In this document: piece after piece, positions 37,756 through 47,526 of the stretch | Numbering within the stretch: position 1 is the stretch's first letter | How the letters are laid out: every line of letters begins with the position of its first letter | Source: Camelus dromedarius | Taxonomy: Eukaryota | DNA: 64,000 nt | Assembly (NCBI RefSeq): GCF_036321535.1 | Contig: NC_087450.1 | Coordinates: forward strand, 47,616,001-47,680,000 | Direction: 5' to 3' | Made by a program: the position numbers and the translations under genes | The notes under the pieces: generated by a model | The model's database searches: none | Told to the model about the DNA's origin: nothing | Seen by the model: only the letters and a program-made list of their open reading frames with translations

Positions 37756-37952
37756 GTGCTGGAGTCAACCTTATTCTAGACTGCATAGGTGGATCCTACT
37801 GGGAGAAAAATGTCAACTGCCTGGCTCTTGATGGTCGCTGGATTCTCTATGGTCTGATGGGAGGAGCTGATATCAGTGGGCCTCTGTTTTCAAAGCTACT
37901 TTTTAAACGAGGAAGTTTGATCACCAGTCTGCTAAGATCAAGGGACCAAAAG
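37756..37952 (+). CDS. TP53I3: TP53I3 coding exon 4
   Basis: catgtggaag|GT ... AAG|gtgagc, 197 nt. [19 protein letters not shown]...RSRDQK. Confidence 0.93.
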
Positions 37953-38705
37953 GTGAGCGATGAGTGAAAATATGTGATTTAATTATTATCCAGAAAAGTG
38001 TGACTCCACATAATCCTGAAAAAGTAAAATGTTGTCACATCTTGAATTAGAGAGCCTGTGTAGAAACCTGCCCTGCTGTGGATAAACAGGTAACCTTATT
38101 TTACAGAACTAATTGATAAAGGCCTCAATATCTCGCAAAAAGGTTAGCTAATACTTAATACATTAAGCATTGACCATATTAGGAAATACTTCTAATAGTT
38201 CTAAAAGTTTCAAAGACAGAACTCTTCCCCATGTGCTAAGAAAGCCTCTTAGGTAAGTAAGGTTAGTAAGCCTCTGTCTTTAGCAGATTATATGTTCCTG
38301 AAATCTTTTCTGTGTGGCTTTCTAGCAGGTCCCAGCATTGGGAAGGTTTCTCAATACAGGATTTCACACCTGGTAGGGGATAGCAGAGCTTAAGTATCCT
38401 TTTTGAATTGAGCTATGTGAGTCCTGTCTGTGGCTGCCCCCTGCTTGAAGCCTTAATTTAAAAACAGTCCTTCAGCTGTCAGTGACACTAATATTTTACT
38501 CCAGGCTTCAGTCTTTATTTGGTACGGAACAGAGCTTACACATTTGGGGGCATGCATGTACATGCTGGTAGTGAAGGGGCTATGTACCCCTGTGTGTCTT
38601 TTCAGATAAATTCACGTTTCAGAGAGAGCAGAAAAGCTAAGCAGGATGGGAAGTGGTAAAGTAAGACCTCTGTCCAGGCTGATGGTCTCGTTTTCCTTAT
38701 TTTAG

Positions 38706-38888
38706 TACAAGCAAATGCTGGTGAAGGCTTTCACAGAACAAATTCTGCCCCACTTCTCCATGAAGGGCCCTCAGCGTCTACTGCCGGTTCTGGACAGAAT
38801 CTACCTCATGAATAAAATTCAAGAGGCCCATGAGTACATGGAGACTAACAGGAACGTGGGCAAAATCGTCCTGGAGATGCCCCAGTGA
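38706..38888 (+). CDS. TP53I3: TP53I3 last coding exon
   Basis: attttag|TAC ... CAG TGA, 183 nt. [17 protein letters not shown]...GKIVLEMPQ*. Confidence 0.95.
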   Translation, partial: YKQMLVKAFTEQILPHFSMKGPQRLLPVLDRIYLMNKIQEAHEYMETNRNVGKIVLEMPQ

Positions 38889-39060
38889 AGCAGGAGTCAG
38901 CAGTACAGGACACAACTACCTAAGGACTTCCAAGAGCAAATTTGGAGAAACTCCACTGTAGGCAGTCAGGCAGCCCGGTGCTACTCCAGGCCCGCCTTTA
39001 ATCAATCCCCTGGTCCTCCCCCAGCTTTCTCAAATGACCAGTGTAAAACCGGTCTCTGGA

Positions 39061-39066
39061 AATAAA
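39061..39066 (+). terminator. TP53I3: TP53I3 polyadenylation signal AATAAA
   Basis: First AATAAA after the stop codon, 172 nt downstream of it. Confidence 0.7.
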
Positions 39067-39079
39067 GAGAGCGCACTTA

Positions 39080-39830
39080 CAGGGTGGTGCGTGGACTAGA
39101 GCTGCCGGGGCGGGGGTGGGGTGGGAGCCCGCCGCCGGCCGCGGGGATTACAGAAGAGGCCCGGTCAGCGGATGCTCAGCCTTGCCCGCTCGCAGCACCA
39201 GGGGGTCGGGCTACGGGTACAGCGTCGGCCATGACAACCAGCCAGAAGCCAGCAGGCTCGGCTTTGCTCACCGTCAGAGGCCCAGACCTATCCACGCGCG
39301 CCCTGCAGCCCCTGGCCCAGCTCTATCCCCGCCAACTCCCGCAACTCACCGGGTTGCAGACCCAGCTCAGACGCCTCCTCAGGACCCGCCTCTTCCGGCC
39401 AGCTTCCGCTGATCAGGGCCGCCACGACCGGAACACCTCCCCCTTCCTAAGCTCAGGCCCCGCCCTTTCCTGTCCTGAGCCCGGAAGCGTCTTTGAACCT
39501 CGCCTTTCAACCTTCCGGCCTCGTAACTGGCTTAAACCCGTTTTGCACCGGAGTCTTTTCGAAAGGGGAGACTACGTCAGCACGTCTCGGCATGGGACGG
39601 TGATTTTCCGGCGTGTTAGAAGAGCTTCCGGCGGGGTCTGGATTTCGCTGTCCTGCATCTGACGTGGTGTTGCCCTCGTAGCTGAGCGAGCTCCGGAGGG
39701 GTGCGGAAGAATTCCAGTGTTTGCTGCGATAACCTCATAAGCCCGCCAAGATGGCGATGCAAGCGGCCAAGAGGGCTAACGTGAGTGTCGGGGACTTCTG
39801 CCTAGGCGGGGGAGCGCTTCACTGCGTGAT
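39080..39830. promoter_or_regulatory. SF3B6: SF3B6 CpG-island promoter with ETS/GABP, CRE-half and YY1 motifs
   Basis: CCGGAAG/CTTCCGG at 39392, 39481, 39512 and 39625. TGACGT at about 39660. CAAGATGGCG at 39747-39756 overlaps the ATG. Confidence 0.8.
39751..39780 (+). CDS. SF3B6: SF3B6 coding exon 1 (MAMQAAKRAN)
   Basis: ccaagATGG Kozak context, donor AAC|gtgagt. Confidence 0.95.
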
Positions 39831-40179
39831 CAGAGCATTCTGGGCCCTCCTCTGTCCCCACGCGGGAAGCCCAGACGTTACTGGCCTATCAAAGGGCATT
39901 TCATCCTGGCCCCGTCCCTAGGGATATGCTCCTTGAGCCACACTTCCACCCCTGCCCCTTTTGAGAGTTCAGTCGGCTATCCTAGTGTCAGTAATAGTGT
40001 TACAGCCTTTGTTGCTTCACCTGCATCTAGGACCTGGCGTCAGGATCTTCTCCTTGGCCTAAACGTCAGTAGTACAGATGAGTCCACAGTAAATAGCTTA
40101 ATGTTGTTAACAGGCAACCGGAGCCTGGAAGTCTCCCCAGATCATGGAGATCTTTGGATCCTCAAATGTTTCAATTCAG

Positions 40180-41810
40180 CGATATTTTTGAGTACCTAGT
40201 ATGTACCAGACTTGAGAGATAGGATACAGTTAATCGATCATATTTATTGAACGCCTACTATGTACCAGATACTAGTCTAGATATTGGAGATACAGCAATG
40301 AGTAAAACAAAAAACGCTACTGCTTACATTGTAATATTTAGAGACTGGGATGTATGGAAACCTAAGAAACATTGTCTCTGGAGAAAGAGTAGTCAACGCT
40401 AAGATGCTGAGAGGTATACTAAGGTGAAGACATAATTGAATATGGTAAGATGAATACTTTTGTTACCTTTGATGAGAATCATTTCAGTGGATGAAAACTT
40501 GATTGCGGTGGGACGAAAAGAAGGTAGAAGTTGAGAAAATGGAGACGGCTCTTTCCACTAGTTTTTGTGTAAATAGGGAGAAGAGAAATTGGAGGTAGTT
40601 AAGTGTTTTATTGCTTAAGATGTGTAAGATGTATTTGTATGTCAATGAGAATGATTCAGTAGAGGGGAGAAACTGATGATGTAGGAGAAAGATGGGTTAA
40701 GTTCAGGAGTCATTTGGAGTAGATGAGGGGTTGATAGAGTAATGAGAAAGAAAGTGGGTGGGTATGGATGAATGTATATGGAATATAAGGTACTTACCAT
40801 TAGTTGTGTCTATTTTCTCCAATAAGCAAGAGTGAAGGTTATCTCCTGGACTGGGTAGGGAATAGAGGATAAAGCCCAACCCGGATGTTAGAGGGAGTGG
40901 TGACAGGTTTGGCAAAAGAAAAGAAAATGTGATATAGTGTCTCACAGAATGAGAAAGCAGATTTACTAAAGAATTATATTGTGATTGTCTTACAGTGTTT
41001 ATCGTCTATTTGAACTTAACCTTAAATCTTAAAATCTAGAACTTTATTGTACTTGTTTGTTGACTGTTTGTCACCACTACTAGTTTGAGGACAGGGTATT
41101 AAGTATGTTATTCTTCCATTTATACAACACTTAGGTTTATGTCTGAAATAGTTGCCAGTTTAATAAATATTGAGCAAATTAATATCTAGTATGTAATTCA
41201 GTATGTTAATAAGGAGCACAGGAGTGAAATCCCGATGGGAGATACATATTTGAGAGTCATCGACTTAGTGTGGAAAACGTATGTGGTTAAGACATTAAAG
41301 AGAATGCAGAGTTAAGGAGTTAGAGAGTCAGGAAAAGAAGCCTAAAGATAAAACTCTGCGGATGAGCCTATTTTAATGACAAAGACTGAGAAAAACTAGC
41401 CAGAGAGGAGGAAGCCAAGGAAATAGGGTGTCAGGAATACTCAAGAAGGTAATAGTCACCAGTGTCAGAAGCCACAGAGAAGTTAAGTATGATGAGAATA
41501 GAACACTGCAAGTGAAAGGTCTTAGCGCATAAAAGCAGTTTTCATCAGTGTTGGGGTTGAAGCTAGTGCGGTAGGTTGATGAGTGTCATGAAGTAAAGGA
41601 CATGAGGCAGTGAGTATAAACTTCCTTTTTTCAGATGCTTGACTGAAAGAAAAGAGAAAAAAAAAAGAGCAAAATAGGATAGTAAGTAGAGAGCTGATAA
41701 ATTCAGGGAAGGCAAAAAAACCTTGTCTTTTTCCCTTCACTCTGTAATCCTTATACCTCGCCTGGGGTATATATAACGAAGGTGCTCAGTATGTTCGTTG
41801 AATGAATGAA
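40180..41810 (-). mobile_element. L2 LINE remnants in SF3B6 intron 1
   Basis: tttattgaacgcctactatgtaccagatac reverse 3' end followed by purine-rich decayed L2 body. A + strand L2 tail (gaatgaatga) lies near 41800. Confidence 0.6.
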
Positions 41811-42326
41811 GAGGGATCCAAATAACTGTTTTGAGTTGTGTAACAATTGGCAGTACATAAGCAACTGCTCACCTGGGGAATAAAAGAAGCTAATGCTGAG
41901 GGAAAGGCTGTAAATTCAAAGAGATGAGATCATTGATATAACAAGTTCCTTAGAAAACGAGAGAAGGGTCATCAGTGGGAGTCTTACTGTCTAACAAACA
42001 GGAACAGTTCCCTTGTTCTTTCCCACACATGTCTGTGGCATTGAGGACTTTTAAACGAGGTTGGAGATCCGTGTTTAACTGTAGTGACTGAAAGCCAGGG
42101 TTTTGTAATAGTCCCTTATTAGATCTAACTAACAGTCTTACCTAAAGCCAGTGCCTAATTGCTTTTCTGGAGAGCATGCCATTTTCAGTAATAACATTAT
42201 AATTCTTATTCTTGGCTTTTTAAAATTATATGTCATTTTTAAATTTGAATTTATTATTTTATGAGAATTTTTTTAATGGTAGCATTCTTGCTGCTGATTA
42301 TGACAATACATTACTTCTCATTTTAG

Positions 42327-42445
42327 ATTCGACTTCCACCCGAAGTAAATCGGATTTTATATATAAGAAATTTGCCCTACAAAATCACAGCTGAAGAAAT
42401 GTATGATATATTTGGGAAATACGGACCTATTCGTCAAATCAGAGT
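42327..42445 (+). CDS. SF3B6: SF3B6 coding exon 2
   Basis: cattttag|ATT ... AGA GT|gtgagt, 119 nt. Confidence 0.96.
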
Positions 42446-44741
42446 GTGAGTCTTACTGAGACTTTTGAAATGTCATTTAAAGAAAATGTGTAAATCTATA
42501 CTCTCAGAATTATAGCTGACAGCAGGCCTGAGAACCCAGAAACTAATAGACTGAAATCGGGGAGATGCAGTTTTTCTGTAAAGGAAAAGTACCTATGGAG
42601 ACCCTCATGATCCAGCTCAGTGAGAGCCAAGAATAGCAGTTGTGAAATTATAGAGAGCATGAAGTAGTAATGAATGGTTTGAGAGGAATGAATGGGAAAA
42701 GAAAGAACTAACATTTATACATACCTACTATTTGTAAAGAAGTACTGTACTGTGGTTTTCATATTCATTAACTCTAATTTTCTCAGTAGTCTTTACTGTC
42801 TCCTTTACTGACTCCAGAATTTCAAAATAAGCTGTGTAAAGGTAGATAAAAGTAAAAATAATTTTCAACTACAGCTTTTTGTTGAAGATTTTAAAATATA
42901 GAGTAAAATAATTACACAAATCCAATTTTTAATTTAATCTGAAGTCGAGAGTTCATATCTTCAAATGGTATTTATTGAATACCTACTACATGTCACTTGT
43001 CATAGGTGCTTTTATTTGCATCACCAACATTACAGCCCTGTGTGGAGGTGATAGTGTGCTTCACAGGTGAGACTACAAAGGCCCAGAGAGTAAAAGTACC
43101 TTTCTAGCTTCACGTAGCTATTTAGTGATTAAAATCTTCTGACTCTAAATTGAAATGTCTACACAGTTCCACAGCCGCTGTCACTTTAACTAGTATAAAT
43201 GAACCAATTACCTAACAGTCCATCTAGAAGGATGTCTAAGATCTTTATTTTTAGTTGGAATATCTTTTTCATAATAAATTTTCTTCTATGACTAGAGAGC
43301 ACCTTCTTGGCTTTTAGAAGAACTCTGTGAGATTTGAGGACTCTCCTTTTCAATGATTACTATCCCTCCGAAAAGTAAACCACGAGCTAGAAGTATGTCA
43401 TCATTGGTACTCAAACGGGGATGAAAATAAAGTGTTACAGACCAGCTGTCGTTTTTAGGAAGTCTCTTTTCATATTTGATAAAAAGCTTTGGACCCTTTC
43501 TACAGAAAACACATTTTTGCATGTGATTTCAATGTATACATGGACTCTAGGTTAAGAATGCCTGTTGTAGACATCCAAGAATGGTATACAGAAGATCCCC
43601 TGACTTGGGGTCAGGAGACAAGATTCTACTTCAGGCCCTGTTACTAGCCATGTGACCCTAGACAAGTGGCCCTGCTTTCTCCTCACATGTAACATAATCT
43701 GAATGGACAGTGCCTTTCAGCTTTTAACACGGGGGCAGCTTGATAAATTTACTAGGTTGCTTGTTAAGACCTAGATTCAGATACTAACTGGGCACTTGCT
43801 AGTTATGTGAAACTGGGCAAAATATATTTAGTACTCCTGAGCTTTAGTTACCTATGAAATAGAATCTTTCTAAAAGAATTTCAGTAAGGATCAAATTAGA
43901 TGGTGCCTGTGAAAGCACTCTGTCATCAAGTATTTCCTTCCCAGTGTACATTAGCCACCCTTTTCTGTGCTCCCATAGCATCTCTTCTAGTTAATACATG
44001 GTTTTGTCTGTGTGCTCACTTGTCTCTCCTGCCAGCCTATGATCTCCTCTAGGGCAGATACCATATATTCTTCTCACTTTATGTTGACAGCTCTTGCTGT
44101 GCCTGATACATGTTAAGTACCCAGTGCATGTAAGTAAATGAATAATATAGAAATTGATGGTGTGGGTTGCAATTAATTTATGACGATATTACAAAATGTA
44201 TTAGTAGTACATAATTAAGAGATGCTTGTATCAGTGGAGTTAGAGAATGTTTCAGAAAACCAAGGTGAAATGTGCAGAGTAGCTTAGGGTCTTTTTACTT
44301 CTAGTCCCTCCATCTGGGATGGTTTTCACCCAGCTCATCTAATATCTGGCTCCTCATTCTTCAGGTTTGAGCTTCAGTGCCAGAGGTTTTCCTAGACTGC
44401 CCTAGCTAAAGTAGCCGCCTGGCCTCCTGTTAGTCTCTGTCCCAGCTCTCTACTTCCTTTATATTTCTCATGAACTATAGTTATTTTGTATTTATTTATA
44501 TAATGTCTTTATCCTGCTTGAATAAAACTCCTTGAAGGGAAGGATGATGGTCATCTTTTTCACGATTGGATTTCCACTGTCTGTCAGATACAAAGAGCAC
44601 TATATATATTTGTTGAATAAATTCATAAAAGTTTGGTGTGCAGGAACTTGGGTCTGAGTGTTTAAGTTATAGATTGAGAAACAGATGTTTTTCTGTTCTG
44701 TAGCTGCGGTCATGCTCTGTGGCATACTTGGCACCCAGCAC

Positions 44742-44853
44742 TAGGGTGAGCAGCCTTCCCAGTTTGCCCAGGGCTGTGGGGTTTTCTGGGACACGGCTGT
44801 TCAGTGCCAAAACCTGGACAGTCTTGGGCAAACCCAGATGATTGGTTACCTTA
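44742..44853 (-). mobile_element. MER81-like hAT-Blackjack MITE
   Basis: tagggtgagcagcc…gtttgcccaggg … gggcaaacc…ttggttacctta, a 112-nt palindromic element matching the recalled consensus. Confidence 0.7.
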
Positions 44854-46966
44854 CCTGGCATGTAGGAGACACTCAGTGCTTTGAACTTTTTAAAGCCCTG
44901 TCATACTTGTTACATATTTTAATTATTAAAACCACGGGTGAGGTAGGGCAGGTGATACAGCCGACATACATGAAGCAGCTGAAGCTTAGAAATGTTGTTA
45001 CATGATTAAGTTTTCTTGTTACTAAAAGCTTTTACTACCAATCAAGAAAATAATGTTGACTCAGTGCCTAACACACAGTAGGTACCAAGTACATGTTTTT
45101 TGAAATTAAAATTACAATGTAGATCTCGTGATACTGGTTGATAATTAGGGGCTGAGGCCCTTGAGATGGAAAGTCTTTAAAATGAGGTTAGTATCTGTCC
45201 CTGTTCTACTTCCTAAGAAGTTGTAAGAGGAAGGGAGATGCTTTTGTTTTGTTTTGTTAGCTTCCTGAAGAAAAGGTATGTGAGATGATTGATAGGAGAA
45301 AGCAGATTTCCACCCTTCAAATGCTTATTAGCACTTGCTGTATGTATAGCACTGTGGGAATAAAATAAAAGATAAGACCCTGTTTGCCCTTTAGGAACTT
45401 AAAATGTTAAGTTTTTTATGCTTTTCTTCTGAAGGAAAAGCTAGGTAGAATTTTTTGGAAAATCTTTGTGACAGTGTTTTTTTCCTTTGGGTAGTCCCAA
45501 TTTTCATACCTTAAGCATGCTTGAAAATAGTTAAAAAGTCAAAAGTCCAAAAGTTGTTAGACTATTTGCAGAGAGTAAAGAATGTTGTAAAATTCTTCAT
45601 CAAGCCATGGAGCCTGACAGAGCTTCCAGTGACACTGGCACCCTCCAGCCACCCCAGCACCGCATTCCTGTCCCATCGCCTTTTACAGGAAGCACAAACT
45701 CTGACCAGGGCCCAAGACTGTAGTCTTATCCAGATCAAATCTAGGCAGATGCCTCCCCTTCCAGTGAGCCCCCTGCCTTTCCTTGACCCTATGCAGGGAC
45801 TATGGCAGTTAATAAACCTCATTCCACAGTTGCACTGGGTGGCTGGATCACAGATGGAAGCAAGGGGTCCGTCTGTAGCTCATTGGAGCATAAGCTGAAT
45901 GGGACCTCTGCCTGCTGTCCCTACTCACAGGCACATGGCCATCTGTCACCTGCAGTTTGTTGCTTCTCACACCTCCCCTAACGGGAGCTGGTGAGGTAGG
46001 GACAGGAGATGGCAAGAAGCAGCCCCGTATCTCTGAGCGAGATCCAACTGCCACTTCTAGCCACCTTCCAGCATTCTGCTCTGGCTCACCGGTAACCCCA
46101 TCTACAAGCACACTTCAGCCCAAGTCTCTATAGAAACCTAACCCTTTCCCTTAGCTACATAGGGTTGTGTAACTTATGAAAGTGCAGATACTAAAAGTGA
46201 ATGTGTGAAAGTTGGGAGTTGACTGTATTGTGTTTTAAAAAGGCAAAGAATCTTCTAAGAAAAGTGGAGGAAACTACATTAACTCTCTCTTTGCACTGGA
46301 GGACATCCCTTCCTAGCCATAAAGGGTGGTGGTTGGCTGTTTTCCTGTGTATCACTTGTAATTTTGCTGTCTTCTTGGTAGAGGCTTTTCTCCTACCCTA
46401 CTTTCCTCTGCAGACACAAAATCAGTTTTATTTTTATGGATCTGATACATACATACATCTGATACCCAGAAACATCAGTTTCCTATGTTGATGGGGATGG
46501 TCTTGTCTTTAAGAATTGGAACTAAAATTAGAGTGAGGGAGAAAATCAAAATCTTTAGAAACAAGGGACTAGTGTGGCAAATAACTGGAGCATTCGTTCT
46601 GTTGCATGAATGCACAGGAAGAAAAACCCCATCCTAGACATTGCTGACTAATAAGAGCCATCACTCCTAAGTACTGCACTTTCCAGTGTAAGACTGAAAA
46701 TTGACTGTGAGAAGTAGGAAAGACTAAAACAGTGAGCATGAAGACTCTGAGAGTTCCAAGCTAGTTATTTGCTGCTATTGCTTTAGTAGGTATGTCAGTA
46801 TTCTTGATATAACAATAAGTTTAACCTGAGGTTTTTGACTTAAAAACAAAAATTACCTAATTCAAGAAATTACAGGCTTATCTAGCATACCTGTCCATAA
46901 TATCTATTTCTTCTGATGCTTTTCAGGTAAATGTGTATTTTAATTAAGTCCAATTCAACTCTGTAG

Positions 46967-47105
46967 GGGGAACACACCGGAAACTAGAGGAACAGCTTAC
47001 GTAGTCTATGAAGACATCTTCGATGCCAAGAATGCGTGTGATCACCTGTCAGGATTCAATGTTTGTAACAGATACCTCGTGGTTTTGTACTATAATGCCA
47101 ACAGG
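46967..47105 (+). CDS. SF3B6: SF3B6 coding exon 3
   Basis: ctgtag|G GGG AAC ... AGG|gtaagt, 139 nt. Confidence 0.96.
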
Positions 47106-47274
47106 GTAAGTATACCCACGGTTCTCATTGTGTGGGGAGACCCTGTAAGAGTTGTGGAGAACTGTACCATTAGGAGAGATGAGCACTGAGTTCCTTTCTA
47201 GCTAGTGCTATTGGTGAAATGCATTTGACTGTAGATTGGTAACTGGTTAACTTTGGTGCCTACTACATTTTTAG

Positions 47275-47364
47275 GCATTTCAGAAAATGGACACAAAGAA
47301 GAAGGAAGAACAGTTGAAGCTTCTCAAGGAGAAATATGGCATCAACACAGATCCACCAAAGTAA
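47275..47364 (+). CDS. SF3B6: SF3B6 last coding exon
   Basis: tttttag|GCA ... AAG TAA, 90 nt. AFQKMDTKKKEEQLKLLKEKYGINTDPPK*. Confidence 0.96.
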   Translation, partial: AFQKMDTKKKEEQLKLLKEKYGINTDPPK

Positions 47365-47520
47365 ACGTTTTCTTTCTACATTTTCATTTTGGACTAAAAT
47401 CCACAAATGACCACTAACACCCTTTTTTTGTTTTTAATTAATACTGAATATTGTGATTTCTTACTTCAGATTCAAAATGACTTGCTTGAAACTTTGATAT
47501 ATGTTAGGATATATTATGTT

Positions 47521-47526
47521 AATAAA
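47521..47526 (+). terminator. SF3B6: SF3B6 polyadenylation signal AATAAA
   Basis: AATAAA 156 nt after the stop, followed by U/GU-rich sequence. A second AATAAA lies near 47600. Confidence 0.7.

Larger units (their letters stand above)
33978..38888 (+). other. TP53I3: TP53I3 (PIG3, quinone oxidoreductase, MDR/zeta-crystallin family) gene, complete CDS span, 332 aa
   Basis: join(33978..34115,35212..35479,36665..36877,37756..37952,38706..38888) = 999 nt with no internal stop. NADPH-binding motif [11 protein letters not shown] is present. Confidence 0.97.
39751..47364 (+). other. SF3B6: SF3B6 (SF3b 14 kDa subunit, p14) gene, complete CDS span, 125 aa
   Basis: join(39751..39780,42327..42445,46967..47105,47275..47364) = 378 nt. 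[28 protein letters not shown]...YGINTDPPK*, an RRM protein matching the recalled human sequence. Confidence 0.97.

Noticed and set aside
39084-39662. 192-aa + strand ORF between TP53I3 and SF3B6
   Set aside because: Lies in the CpG island, starts at GTG, low-information composition, no recognisable domain.
44849-44870. cttacctggca resembling the U1 snRNA 5' end
   Set aside because: Only 11 nt match, the similarity stops immediately, and it overlaps the MER81 terminus.
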